This document shows, in pieces, positions 42,544 through 52,483 of a stretch of DNA of 64,000 nt (positions within the stretch are counted from its first letter, which is position 1; every line of letters begins with the position of its first letter). The stretch comes from Nitrospinae bacterium CG11_big_fil_rev_8_21_14_0_20_45_15. Lineage in GTDB: Bacteria; Nitrospinota; Nitrospinia; Nitrospinales; VA-1. The position numbers and the translations under genes are program-made. The stretch lies in contig PCWG01000035.1 in assembly GCA_002787235.1 (NCBI GenBank), positions 101,109 to 165,108 on the forward strand, given 5' to 3'. The notes beneath the pieces are model-generated. The model was not told the DNA's origin, did not search any database, and was given only the letters and a program-made list of their open reading frames with translations.

Positions 42544-43272
42544 GTGAAAAAAACCATTTTAGTTTTAACCCTTGTCGCATTCGTCGCCGTAACCGTTCCC
42601 GCTCAAGCAGAAAGCAAACTCAAATCCAAGGCAGATAAGCTGGGATACAGCATTGGTCTTGATTTTGCCAAAAGCATTGAAAGCCTGTCTCAAGAAGTAG
42701 ACGTAAATTCTAAAATGGTCATAAAAGGCTTTGAAGATGCCATGGAAGGAAAAGACGTTTTGATCACACAAGAAGAATTCAAACAAGTGATGCAAGAATT
42801 CCAGGCTGAAATGCAGGAAAAGCAAGCCAAGATGCAACAAGAAGCAATGGAAAAACAAAGTAAGGAAATGGCCAAGGTCGGAGAAAAAAACAGCAAAGAA
42901 GGAGACGCATTCCTTGCTAAAAATGCAAAGGAAAAAGGCGTAAAAACCACCGCCAGTGGATTGCAATATAGGGTCCTCAAAGAGGGAACCGGGCAATCAC
43001 CCAAAGAGACCGATCAGGTTGAGACACATTATAAAGGCACCTTGATCGATGGAACCGAATTTGACAGCTCCTACAAACGCGGTGAACCCGCAGTATTCCC
43101 ATTGAATGCAGTCATCCCCGGCTGGACGGAAGCTCTGCAATTGATGAAAGTAGGCGGTAAAAATAAAATATTCGTTCCCGCCAAACTCGCCTACGGCCCT
43201 CGTGGCGCAGGTGGTGTGATCGGACCCAACGCAACACTCATTTTCGAAATTGAATTGTTGTCTATCAAATAA
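42544..43272 (+). CDS. fkpA: FKBP-type peptidyl-prolyl isomerase (FkpA/Mip-like)
   Basis: Signal peptide; SYSIG-like GYSIG; HYKGTLIDGTEFDSS; VIPGWTEAL. Confidence 0.93.
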   Translation: MKKTILVLTLVAFVAVTVPAQAESKLKSKADKLGYSIGLDFAKSIESLSQEVDVNSKMVIKGFEDAMEGKDVLITQEEFKQVMQEFQAEMQEKQAKMQQEAMEKQSKEMAKVGEKNSKEGDAFLAKNAKEKGVKTTASGLQYRVLKEGTGQSPKETDQVETHYKGTLIDGTEFDSSYKRGEPAVFPLNAVIPGWTEALQLMKVGGKNKIFVPAKLAYGPRGAGGVIGPNATLIFEIELLSIK

Positions 43273-43286
43273 GAAGTCTGCGTCAT

Positions 43287-43324
43287 CGTGAACGAGCGGA
43301 GGGCAACCGCCCTCCCCGTTCACG
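43287..43324 (+). terminator. GC-rich hairpin downstream of the FKBP gene
   Basis: TCGTGAACG..GGAGGGC-AACC-GCCCTCC..CGTTCACGA; the U-tract is weak. Confidence 0.55.
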
Positions 43325-43398
43325 AATTCATTTTATCAGGAAATACGGATGCACCTTTCCTTCCACGCAGTTGACCCGTCTTGGGAATCAGTTCAAAC

Positions 43399-44967
43399 AT
43401 GAATGAAAGGGACAGTACCTTTAATCGATGGCATGGGCTGGCAATCTTCCTGATTGCCATTGCGACTCGCTCTCTTTATTTTTTTCAGTTTCAAGACAAT
43501 CCCCTTTTCAACTACATTCCCGAACACACCGACTCTCAGCATTACGACACAGGCGCGCTGAGTTTTGCGAACGGGGACTGGATGGCAACGGCAACCGTTA
43601 ATATTTTTTCCCCGCTGTACAAATACCTCGTCGGATTCATCTATCTGACCTTCGGGAGAAATCTTCCCGTCGTCTGGTTCTTCCAGTTTTTGATGGGAGC
43701 CATCACCGTCCTGTTGATATTCCTGATCTGCGAAAAACTTTTCAACCAGCGAACCGCCTGGATATCCGCCCTACTGTACAATTTTCACGGTCCTGTCCTG
43801 ATGTATGAAGGAATCCTTTTGCGAGCCTCCCTCATTGCCTTTTTGGGAATCCTGTCGCTGTACCTGCTCATACGACTGCCCTCAAAGCCAGACTGGAAAC
43901 AACTGATGTTTGCAGGCTTGGGAATTTCTCTTTTCATCCAAAGTCGCCCGAACACCGCACTGGTTTTTGTCCTGATTTTTTTGTACTGGTTTTTTGTTGC
44001 CAAAAGAAAAGAATGCAACGTGCATCCCCCCCTGTTCCTTTGGGTCGGCTTATTTTTTCTTCCTTTATTGATTCAAGCCGGAATAACTCACGGGAAATTC
44101 GTTTTCTTTGAATTCAGCGGCCCCGCGTCCATCCTGCACGGCAACCACCCCGAACACATTGGGATGGGACACTCAGCCGAGCTTCATCACCCCGACGGTT
44201 ACAAACTGAGCACCACGGAAACCCTCAAAATATTTGCCATGCGCTTCATAGAGCATCCGCAAGCGATGGCTTTCCTGTTCGCAAGAAAACTGTATTTTTT
44301 CTTTTGTTCGTTTCAAGTCCCCAATAATTTTGACTACAATTTGTTCAAGGATTTTTCCTTTTTACTGCACGGCCCCTTGTCGAATTTCGGATTATTGTCC
44401 TCCCTCGGACTCGTCGGATTTGTCCTCGCATTTCGGGAACATCAAAAACTATGGCTCCTCTATTGCTACGCCATCGGCATGACCGGAGCGGTGATATTAT
44501 TTTTTGTACTGGCGCGTTATCGCATTCCAGTGATCCCATATTTTGCGATTTTTTCCGGCGTTGCAGTCGACCGAATCCTGCACTCAATAGATGCCCGTCA
44601 AACACGACAATGGGTTATAAGTACTGCCAGCGCGATTGCCTTGTTCGCATTCTTCAACTATCAGGCCTTGATACCTGATTTCAAACTGACAGGTCACAAA
44701 AGTTACGATCAGCGAATCGGCGAATATTATGTGCGGGCGGGAAGACTGGCCGAAGGCCATGCGAGGATCACAATATTTCTGAATCAATTCCCAAACGATG
44801 CGGGAGCCTCAAAAGTTTTGGGAATGATTTATCAACAAACGAATCAATGGGAAAACGCACTCAGAGAATTTGAACGCGCCGACCGCCTAGCTCCGAACGA
44901 TCCATGGACGCAAATGCAATTGAAACTAATGCGGGAAAAATACAACGCAAATAATTCCATGAACTAA
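43399..44967 (+). CDS. ArnT/PMT-like (GT39/GT83) membrane glycosyltransferase with C-terminal TPR
   Basis: DSQHYD periplasmic acidic motif, PLYKY, multiple TM helices, RYRIP and a terminal TPR. Confidence 0.75.
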   Translation: MNERDSTFNRWHGLAIFLIAIATRSLYFFQFQDNPLFNYIPEHTDSQHYDTGALSFANGDWMATATVNIFSPLYKYLVGFIYLTFGRNLPVVWFFQFLMGAITVLLIFLICEKLFNQRTAWISALLYNFHGPVLMYEGILLRASLIAFLGILSLYLLIRLPSKPDWKQLMFAGLGISLFIQSRPNTALVFVLIFLYWFFVAKRKECNVHPPLFLWVGLFFLPLLIQAGITHGKFVFFEFSGPASILHGNHPEHIGMGHSAELHHPDGYKLSTTETLKIFAMRFIEHPQAMAFLFARKLYFFFCSFQVPNNFDYNLFKDFSFLLHGPLSNFGLLSSLGLVGFVLAFREHQKLWLLYCYAIGMTGAVILFFVLARYRIPVIPYFAIFSGVAVDRILHSIDARQTRQWVISTASAIALFAFFNYQALIPDFKLTGHKSYDQRIGEYYVRAGRLAEGHARITIFLNQFPNDAGASKVLGMIYQQTNQWENALREFERADRLAPNDPWTQMQLKLMREKYNANNSMN

Positions 44968-44980
44968 AAAGCAACAGGGT

Positions 44981-47806
44981 TTACAGATAATCCTTCAAGT
45001 ATTTCCCGGTGTAAGATTTTTCATTTTTTGCAATTTGCTCCGGTGTTCCCTGCGCGATCAAGCACCCGCCCTTGTCCCCACCTTCCGGCCCCAGATCAAT
45101 GACATGATCCGCTGTCTTTATCACTTCCATATTGTGTTCGATGATGATCACCGTATTCCCCGTATCGGTCAATTTCGCAAGCACCACCAAAAGATGTTCC
45201 ACGTCCGCAAAATGCAAACCGGTTGTCGGTTCGTCCAGAATGTACAGGGTCTGACCCGTGGTGCGTTTGCTCAGTTCCTTCGACAGCTTGACCCTTTGCG
45301 CTTCCCCTCCCGACAACGTGGTCGCGGCTTGACCCAGCTTGATGTAATCCAGTCCCACATCGGCGATGGTTTCCAGTTTCGATTTGAGAGAGGGAATGTT
45401 CTTGAAAAATTCGCGGGCCTCTTCAACCGTCATGTCCAAAATCTGGGCGATATTTTTTCCCTTGTAGGCCACCTCCAGCGTTTCGCGGTTGAAGCGTTTG
45501 CCCTGACACGATTCGCAGGTGACAAATACATCGGGCAGAAAATGCATCTCCACCTTGATGAGCCCGTCGCCCTGGCAGGTTTCACATCGGCCCCCTTTCA
45601 CATTGAAGCTGAAGCGACCGGGCTTGTAACCACGCACACGCGATTCGGGAGTTTCACTGAATAGCTCACGGATGATCGTGAACACACCGGTGTAGGTCGC
45701 CGGATTGGAGCGCGGCGTCCTTCCGATCGGGGATTGATCGATATCAATGACTTTATCAATGTACTGAATACCTTGAATTTTTTCGAACTGGCCGGGTTTG
45801 TCGACAGACTTCCAGAAATGTTGCGCCAGTGCCTTGTACAGGATATCAATGACCAACGTGCTTTTGCCGGAGCCACTCACACCCGTCACACAAATCAATT
45901 TCCCCAACGGAAATTCGACATCGATTTTTTTCAGATTGTTCTGTTCGGCACCCACAATTTTAAGTGCCTTGCCATTTCCTTCGCGACGATTTTTCGGTAC
46001 GGGAATTTTCTTTTTGCCCGAAAGGTATTGCCCGGTCAAAGACTTTTTACTCTTCAACATTTGCGCAGGCGTGCCTGAAAATATGATCTCTCCACCATGC
46101 ACTCCCGCACCCGGACCCAAATCGACAACATGATCGGCCGCAAGAATGGTCGCGTCGTCGTGTTCCACAACCACAACGGTGTTGCCAAGATCGCGCAGGT
46201 GTAACAGCGTTTTCAGCAAGCGGTCATTGTCGCGTTGATGCAGGCCAATGCTCGGCTCGTCCAGTACATAAAGCACCCCCATGAGCGACGAACCGATCTG
46301 CGTGGCCAGACGAATGCGCTGACTCTCGCCGCCGGAAAGTGTCGCAGAGGTTCGGCTCATCGACAAATAATCGAGACCGACGTTGATGAGGAATCCCAGA
46401 CGTTCGCGTATTTCCTTGACGATGCGACGCGCTATCAGGTTTTCCTGTTCTGAAAGTTTCAGCTCATTAAAATAGTTGTACAAAGCTTCAATCGACAGGC
46501 GTGTGAGTTCGATGATGTTCTGCTCGCCCACACGCACGGAGATGGCGCAGGGTGTCAAACGCATGCCGTTGCATTGACTGCAATCCAGCGTACGCATGTA
46601 CTTGTGAATTTCATCCCGGGCCGAATTCGATTCAGTCTCGTGATAGCGGCGTTCCAGATCGGGGATGATGCCATCAAACGTTCCCATGTAATGCTGGCGT
46701 TGATTATTCTTTTCGTAAAAATACTGAATGGACTCAGCTCCCGAACCGTACAGCAGTATTTGCTGTATTTTTTCCGGCAGGTCTTTGTAGGGCACCGTTA
46801 ACTTGAACTTGAAATGTTTGGAAATCGTTTCCAGCATCTGATGAAAAAATACCGAGTTCTTTTTCTCCCAGGGCTTGAAAACTCCCTCACTCAAAGACAG
46901 CGACGGATCGGGAATGACCAGATCGGGATCGACCACCATCTTCGTTCCCAATCCATCGCATTTGGGACACGCCCCATTGGGATTGTTGAACGAGAACAGA
47001 CGCGGCTCCAGTGGCGGGTAACTGATTCCGCAATAATTACACGCAAATTTTTCGCTGAACAGTTGATCTTCACTTTGCCCCTTGTCCCCAATCGTTGCGA
47101 TCACCACAGCCCCTTCACCATGCTCCAGAGCGGTTTCTACAGAATCGGCCAAGCGCCGTCCCATGTTTTCCTTGACCACCAGACGGTCGATAACGATCTC
47201 TATCGTGTGCTTGAATTTTTTATCGAGGGTGATTTCCTCGTCCAGTGACCTCACCTCGCCATTGACCCGTGCGCGCACAAATCCATTCTTGCGCATTTGC
47301 GCCAGTTCCTTTTTGAACTCCCCTTTGCGGTTGCTGACGAGGGGAGCAAGGATCATTATTTTCGAGCCAATCGGAATGTTGCCGACTTGATCCACAATCT
47401 GCTGAGCCGACTGCCGGGAAATTTCACGCTCGCATTGATAACAATACACGCGCCCGACCCGCGCAAACAAAAGCCGCAGATAATCATAAATCTCCGTCAC
47501 GGTCCCGACCGTGGAGCGCGGATTGCGACTCGATGTCTTCTGCTCGATCGAAATGGCGGGTGAAAGTCCCTCGATGGAATCGACATCGGGCTTCTCCATC
47601 AACTCCAGAAATTGCCGCGCGTAGGCGGACAGCGACTCGACATAACGGCGTTGCCCCTCGGCGTACAAGGTGTCGAATGCCAATGAAGATTTTCCCGAGC
47701 CGCTCAAACCGGTGAAGATCACCAGTTTGTTGCGCGGAAATTCGAGCGATACGTTTTTCAGATTGTGCTCGCGTGCGCCTTTAATGATTATTTTATCGGT
47801 TGCCAT
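44981..47806 (-). CDS. uvrA: Excinuclease ABC subunit A
   Basis: [10 protein letters not shown] and [10 protein letters not shown]-loops, Zn fingers, and two LSGGE signatures. Confidence 0.99.
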   Translation of the reverse strand: MATDKIIIKGAREHNLKNVSLEFPRNKLVIFTGLSGSGKSSLAFDTLYAEGQRRYVESLSAYARQFLELMEKPDVDSIEGLSPAISIEQKTSSRNPRSTVGTVTEIYDYLRLLFARVGRVYCYQCEREISRQSAQQIVDQVGNIPIGSKIMILAPLVSNRKGEFKKELAQMRKNGFVRARVNGEVRSLDEEITLDKKFKHTIEIVIDRLVVKENMGRRLADSVETALEHGEGAVVIATIGDKGQSEDQLFSEKFACNYCGISYPPLEPRLFSFNNPNGACPKCDGLGTKMVVDPDLVIPDPSLSLSEGVFKPWEKKNSVFFHQMLETISKHFKFKLTVPYKDLPEKIQQILLYGSGAESIQYFYEKNNQRQHYMGTFDGIIPDLERRYHETESNSARDEIHKYMRTLDCSQCNGMRLTPCAISVRVGEQNIIELTRLSIEALYNYFNELKLSEQENLIARRIVKEIRERLGFLINVGLDYLSMSRTSATLSGGESQRIRLATQIGSSLMGVLYVLDEPSIGLHQRDNDRLLKTLLHLRDLGNTVVVVEHDDATILAADHVVDLGPGAGVHGGEIIFSGTPAQMLKSKKSLTGQYLSGKKKIPVPKNRREGNGKALKIVGAEQNNLKKIDVEFPLGKLICVTGVSGSGKSTLVIDILYKALAQHFWKSVDKPGQFEKIQGIQYIDKVIDIDQSPIGRTPRSNPATYTGVFTIIRELFSETPESRVRGYKPGRFSFNVKGGRCETCQGDGLIKVEMHFLPDVFVTCESCQGKRFNRETLEVAYKGKNIAQILDMTVEEAREFFKNIPSLKSKLETIADVGLDYIKLGQAATTLSGGEAQRVKLSKELSKRTTGQTLYILDEPTTGLHFADVEHLLVVLAKLTDTGNTVIIIEHNMEVIKTADHVIDLGPEGGDKGGCLIAQGTPEQIAKNEKSYTGKYLKDYL

Positions 47807-47833
47807 GAAATGTGAGTGGGTGGGGAATCGGTA

Positions 47834-49648
47834 TTAAAAGAGGTGCTTCCATTTTTCGTCTACTTGCTGGACCATTTCGGGTGACATTTTTATCTCTTCC
47901 GGCCAACCCTGCACGTGTCCTTCTTCGGGAAATTTTTTCGACGCATCAATGCCCAGCCGCCCTTCAATCAAATATAGATCACGGCGCGGATCGATGTTAT
48001 TGAGCACCTTCCACATCGTTGTAGAAAGATCCCCCGGGTCGGTGTCTTCATCGACAACGATGAATATCGAGATGTCCCGGTTCTGCGAATCGTTCAGAAA
48101 ACTCTGGATCAATTCCCGCGACTCATGCGCTTCCGTTTTCTCGGCAGATGCAAACAACACGGAAAGCCGGGTGTCCATCTCCAGCACTTGACACGCCGTG
48201 ATGCTGGAATATTTATTCAACACGCGTTCCGGTTCAAAATCTTCGGCATTGGCTTGTGTTGCCTCCAATTCTGTTTCGAATCCCAACTCACCTTCTATTT
48301 TTGCAGTGAGGTCGATGCCTAACTTGGAACCATACAAGGCGTTATCCGATGCGTGATTCAGCACATCCATCACCCCTTCTGAAAAGAACAGGTCACGATT
48401 GAGATCGACTTTATTGAGGAGCAGGAAAGCAACTTCCACCAGATCGTGAACATCGATGCTGGAATCGACAACAACGATGGTTTTGACAAAACTCATCTGC
48501 CCCAATCCCCACAGGGAACTCATGAGCCGCCGCGCCTGCATGGGAAAACGCTTGTCGATGGACACGATCACCAGATTATGAAATACCCCTTCCGCCGGCA
48601 TGTTCATGTCCACAATCTCCGGCAACTGCGTTCGCATGAGCGGCAGGAAAATGCGCTCCGTCGCTCTGCCGAGATACAAATCTTCCTGCGGCGGCTTGCC
48701 CACAATCGTGGTCAGGTAAACGGGATTCTTCCGATGCGTGATCGCTGTGACGTGAAACACCGGATAAGGCCCGGCATGGGAATAATAACCCGTGTGATCG
48801 CCAAAAGGCCCTTCTATCCGGCTCTCGGCGGGGTCAATGTAACCTTCCAATACAATTTCAGCAGATGCCGGAACTTCCAGATCGACGGTCTTGCATTTGA
48901 CCAGTGGAACCGGAGACTTGCGCAAAAATCCCGCCAGCAAAAATTCGTCCACGCCATAAGGCAGAGGGGCCGAAGCGGAATAACACACCGCAGGATCGGC
49001 TCCAATGGCGACCGCCGTTTCCATCACCTGATGCTTTTTTTTGTATTCATAAAAAAAATGCGCGCCGTCTTTATGGATGTGCCAGTGCATGCCGGTGGTG
49101 TTCTTGTCGTACACCTGCATGCGATACAATCCCACATTGCGGATTTTCCCATCCGCGCTCCGGTTCACCACAATCGGAAGTGTGATGAAACGTCCCGCAT
49201 CGTTCGGCCAGCATTTGAGAATCGGAATGCGGGTGAGATCAACATCATCGCCCTTCAACACCACTTCCTGACAGGGGGCGGTTCGCACCTTCCGGGGAGG
49301 GAATTGTGACGCCTCCAGCAAGAGCGGCAGTAACTTTATTCTGTCTGCCCAGGTCGTTGGCGGCGCAAGTTTGATATACTTTTCAATGGCCGTGGGAATC
49401 TCTTCGATGTCTTCGACACCCAGAGCAAGGTTCATCCGGCGCGCGCTTCCAAAGGCATTGATGAGAACCGGCATGTCACAACCGATGACGTTCTCGAACA
49501 AAAGGGCCTTGCCGCCATCGGGACTCTTGGAAATTCGGTCCGTTATTTCTGTTATTTCCAAATCTCTGGAAACGGGATCGGAAATTCTGATAAGCTCTCC
49601 CTCATCGGAGAGACGCTGGATAAATTCTTGCAAAGAATAAAAAGACAT
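47834..49648 (-). CDS. UbiD-family decarboxylase (menaquinone/futalosine-pathway type) with duplicated C-terminal module
   Basis: EGPFGDHTGYY; two DP-RD...K/RLGID repeats; start re-called at MSFYSL (49648). Confidence 0.88.
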   Translation of the reverse strand: MSFYSLQEFIQRLSDEGELIRISDPVSRDLEITEITDRISKSPDGGKALLFENVIGCDMPVLINAFGSARRMNLALGVEDIEEIPTAIEKYIKLAPPTTWADRIKLLPLLLEASQFPPRKVRTAPCQEVVLKGDDVDLTRIPILKCWPNDAGRFITLPIVVNRSADGKIRNVGLYRMQVYDKNTTGMHWHIHKDGAHFFYEYKKKHQVMETAVAIGADPAVCYSASAPLPYGVDEFLLAGFLRKSPVPLVKCKTVDLEVPASAEIVLEGYIDPAESRIEGPFGDHTGYYSHAGPYPVFHVTAITHRKNPVYLTTIVGKPPQEDLYLGRATERIFLPLMRTQLPEIVDMNMPAEGVFHNLVIVSIDKRFPMQARRLMSSLWGLGQMSFVKTIVVVDSSIDVHDLVEVAFLLLNKVDLNRDLFFSEGVMDVLNHASDNALYGSKLGIDLTAKIEGELGFETELEATQANAEDFEPERVLNKYSSITACQVLEMDTRLSVLFASAEKTEAHESRELIQSFLNDSQNRDISIFIVVDEDTDPGDLSTTMWKVLNNIDPRRDLYLIEGRLGIDASKKFPEEGHVQGWPEEIKMSPEMVQQVDEKWKHLF

Positions 49649-49767
49649 AATGGGTTCGATGATTGCAGGATTAGAAACCGGACCCCGTATTATATATGAA
49701 TGCGGCTTCATGAAAATAATAAAAACAGGACAGCGGCAATGAGTTTTTTCTGGAAGGTCTCTCAGGT

Positions 49768-50682
49768 ATGATCCGATATTTTTTCAAACGCCTTCTGCAC
49801 GGTGTCCCCGTCCTCATCGTGGTGGCGACGCTCACCTTCTTCATCATGCGCACCGTCCCCGGCGGCCCCTTCGACACGGAGAAAAAACTGCCGCCGGAAA
49901 TCATCGCCAATATCGAAGCCAAATATCATCTCGACAAGTCCCCGACCGAACAGTACCTGCTCTACCTGAAAGCACTCGCACAAGGCGACCTCGGCCCTTC
50001 TTACAAATACATTGGCCGCGATGTTTCCAACATCATCGGCGACACCTTTCCGGTGTCCATCGCACTCGGCCTCTCGGCCCTGCTCGTCGTCGTCGCGTTC
50101 GGTGTCCCCTGCGGAATCGCCGGGGCCTACTGGAGGGGTTCGCCCATCGACCGCATTGTGGTGTTCTTTGCCACACTGGGGATATCCGTCCCCAGCTTTG
50201 TTTTGGGCGCGTTACTGGTCTGGGCCTTCGCGCACCAGTTCCACTGGTTCCCTCCCGCCCTGTGGGAAAGCTCGCACCATGCCATCCTGCCCGCACTCGC
50301 TCTCGGTGCTCCCTTCGCCGGTTACATTGCCCGACTCACCCGCACCTCTGTTCTCGACGTATTGTCCGCCGACTACATCCGCACCGCACGCGCCAAAGGT
50401 CTCAGCGAACCGACCATCCTGTTCAAGCATGTCCTGAAAAATTCTCTGTCCCCCATCGTGTCGGTACTCGGTCCGCTGACTGCCGGACTCGTGACCGGAT
50501 CGTTCGTCATCGAATTCATATTTTCGATCCCCGGAATGGGACGATTCTTCATCACCGCTGTCACCAATAGGGACTATCCGCTCATCATGGGGGTGACGCT
50601 CGTCTACTCTGTCCTCATCGTACTGGCAAACATCATCGTCGACATGATCTACGCCTGGCTCGACCCCCGCGTGCAGGTGTAG
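49768..50682 (+). CDS. oppB: Peptide ABC transporter permease (OppB/DppB)
   Basis: PGGPFD, DYIRTARAKGL EAA loop and RDYPLIMG. Confidence 0.93.
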   Translation: MIRYFFKRLLHGVPVLIVVATLTFFIMRTVPGGPFDTEKKLPPEIIANIEAKYHLDKSPTEQYLLYLKALAQGDLGPSYKYIGRDVSNIIGDTFPVSIALGLSALLVVVAFGVPCGIAGAYWRGSPIDRIVVFFATLGISVPSFVLGALLVWAFAHQFHWFPPALWESSHHAILPALALGAPFAGYIARLTRTSVLDVLSADYIRTARAKGLSEPTILFKHVLKNSLSPIVSVLGPLTAGLVTGSFVIEFIFSIPGMGRFFITAVTNRDYPLIMGVTLVYSVLIVLANIIVDMIYAWLDPRVQV

Positions 50683-50866
50683 GCCTAGCCTACAGTGAAA
50701 AGAACTATTCAAAAGATCGTTTCATTCGTGCGGATCGGCTCAAGGGGACCCCGCTCCGGCGGGCGTGTGCAAGCCCGGCGAGCCGCCGGGGGCAATAAAA
50801 CTATTCAAAAGATCGTTTCGTTCGTGCGGATCGGCTCAAGGGGACCCCGCTCCGGCGGGCCTGTGC
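50679..50866 (+). repeat. Modular hairpin repeat, tandem copies 3 and 4 (96-bp period)
   Basis: The 68-nt blocks at 50703-50770 and 50799-50866 differ at 2 positions; GTAGGC-CTA-GCCTAC hairpin at 50679-50693. Confidence 0.95.
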
Positions 50867-51159
50867 TAACAACAGGCAGGCCTAATCTACTTGGTGGACC
50901 TATTTATCCGGGATTGCCGGGAAATTCATTCTAAGCTACAATTAATCTACGGATATCCGAAACGTCTACAAAGGTTTCACAGTCACCCAAACCGACCCAG
51001 TGCGCTACACCATGAACAACAAGCGCACCGAGTCTCGCAAAAAATCAGAACTCCTCATAAGGAATTTTTAATATTGAAAAAAGACGCTTATCGACCCAAA
51101 GTGGACATTCCCCTTTTACGCTACACAGTATGACAAACAGCACTTTTGTAGGAGAATAG

Positions 51160-51852
51160 GTGACAAAAATGAAAAAAAAAGCTGATCACTTAAGAAGCAT
51201 TGAAACCGCTATAGTTGAACTAGCCTTATTAGAAGACCGCACAAGGGCTCCCAATCCAATTCCCCATCAATATATTGGAACTATAGTCGACAACACCCTA
51301 GGTTTACTTACAGCTTCTGCAAATTCACTAGATAACGGCGTAAGAATAGTTACTTTTTCTGACGATAAAAATTGGCTTTCATTAATGCAAGCTGTGCATA
51401 GATCTTTTTTTTCATCAATCCATATAGCCATAGAAATAAGCTTTGAAAGAATACTTGAAGATCGCAACATACAGGTAGAAAACAAACAACAGATAAAGCT
51501 TAACAAAGAACTTAAAACTTTTGAGCCGATCGATAAAAAACTCGAAGCCTTCATAACCAAAATAATTAAAGGAATCCCTCTTAATTTTAAAGATAAGTTA
51601 AATGCGGTACTTAAGCTAACTTCACTAAGTAATAATGAGAAGAAGAAATGGAGAAAATTTTTTATAGGCATGACAATTGTAAGAAACAAAGTTTCGCATA
51701 GTAATCCAACCTTAACTCAACAACAACAAGAGGATTTAAAACAGGGTGGCCTTCAAGTTTTGGTCTCAGAAAATGGCAATTTAAAAGCAAACCCCAGAAT
51801 GTACAAACAATTTGCAGAATTTTCTCTTAATTTCTTTGATTTAATGAACTGA
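51160..51852 (+). CDS. AT-rich hypothetical protein with HEPN-like RxxxxH motif
   Basis: AGGAG RBS and GTG start; helical protein with RNKVSH near the C-terminus. Confidence 0.6.
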   Translation: MTKMKKKADHLRSIETAIVELALLEDRTRAPNPIPHQYIGTIVDNTLGLLTASANSLDNGVRIVTFSDDKNWLSLMQAVHRSFFSSIHIAIEISFERILEDRNIQVENKQQIKLNKELKTFEPIDKKLEAFITKIIKGIPLNFKDKLNAVLKLTSLSNNEKKKWRKFFIGMTIVRNKVSHSNPTLTQQQQEDLKQGGLQVLVSENGNLKANPRMYKQFAEFSLNFFDLMN

Positions 51853-51866
51853 GAAACGAGATAATT

Positions 51867-51983
51867 GCCTAACAAATCACTACACTGGATTTCCGTAGCC
51901 ATCGCATTGTGATGTCCGCTATTTGGTCTATAGCAGACAATCATCCTGCCTGAGTAGATCATTTTTTAGGTGAACTCTCTAGC
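51867..51983 (+). other. Possible decayed attC-like site
   Basis: GCCTAAC-AAATC-ACTACAC 14 nt after the stop codon; only a degenerate distal arm (GGTGAACTCTCTAG) is present. Confidence 0.3.
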
Positions 51984-52105
51984 AAAATCCAAACGAAATC
52001 GCACGTTACAAATCAGTTAATATGGCGTGTAGATACTAAAAAGGCGATGGGTTCGCGGTAGTGGCGCGATCAGTGTGTCAGGACGATTTTTATTCCTTGA
52101 AAAAT

Positions 52106-52141
52106 GGATTGCCGCGTCGGCTAAAGCCTCCTCGCAAAGAC
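52106..52141 (+). repeat. REP-like palindromic unit of the GATTGCCxCGTC...CCTCGCAAxGAC type
   Basis: GGATTGCCGCGTCGGCTAAAGCCTCCTCGCAAAGAC; resembles a widespread intergenic repeat class. Confidence 0.55.
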
Positions 52142-52162
52142 GGCTGGTTAGTGTTCTTGCCA

Positions 52163-52207
52163 TGTCTTCGATAAGTTTGGACTCCAGAGATCCTTCGCTT
52201 TGCTCAG
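52163..52207 (-). repeat. 45-bp repeat, partner of 26514-26558
   Basis: 40/45 identity in the opposite orientation. Confidence 0.8.
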
Positions 52208-52305
52208 AAAATGCAGGGGTGAACGAAGTGAACCGTTCTATATTTCTTCCTTGCATTTCTAGGAGCTATGCTCCTGAATGACGATTGGTTGGGGTTTTTG
52301 TTTTC

Positions 52306-52483
52306 TGCACACGCCCGCCGGAGCGGGGTCCAGTTGGGACCTATGAGATTTAAAGAAACGATCTTTTGAGTAGTTCTTTTCACCGCAGGCTTGGCCTGCC
52401 CGCCGGAGCGGGATCCCGTTGGAGAGCATAAGTTTTAAAGAAACGATCTTTGGATAGTTCTATTTACAACGGGCTAGGCCCGT
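52306..52483 (-). repeat. Modular hairpin repeat, tandem copies 5 and 6
   Basis: Reverse complements contain GCAGGCCAAGCCTGC or ACGGGCCTAGCCCGT hairpins, GAACTA(C)TC(C/A)AAAGATCGTTTC, a 23-nt core and GGA(C/T)CCCGCTCCGGCGGGC. Confidence 0.93.

Noticed and set aside
50679-50866. CRISPR array
   Set aside because: Only two tandem units, and their intervening cores are identical; no cas genes; the units are multi-hairpin REP-like modules.
50695-50934. 79-aa ORF with an internal duplication
   Set aside because: It is simply the translation of the tandem DNA repeat.
52017-52256. 79-aa ORF on the minus strand
   Set aside because: It is composed largely of two REP-like repeats and is probably spurious.
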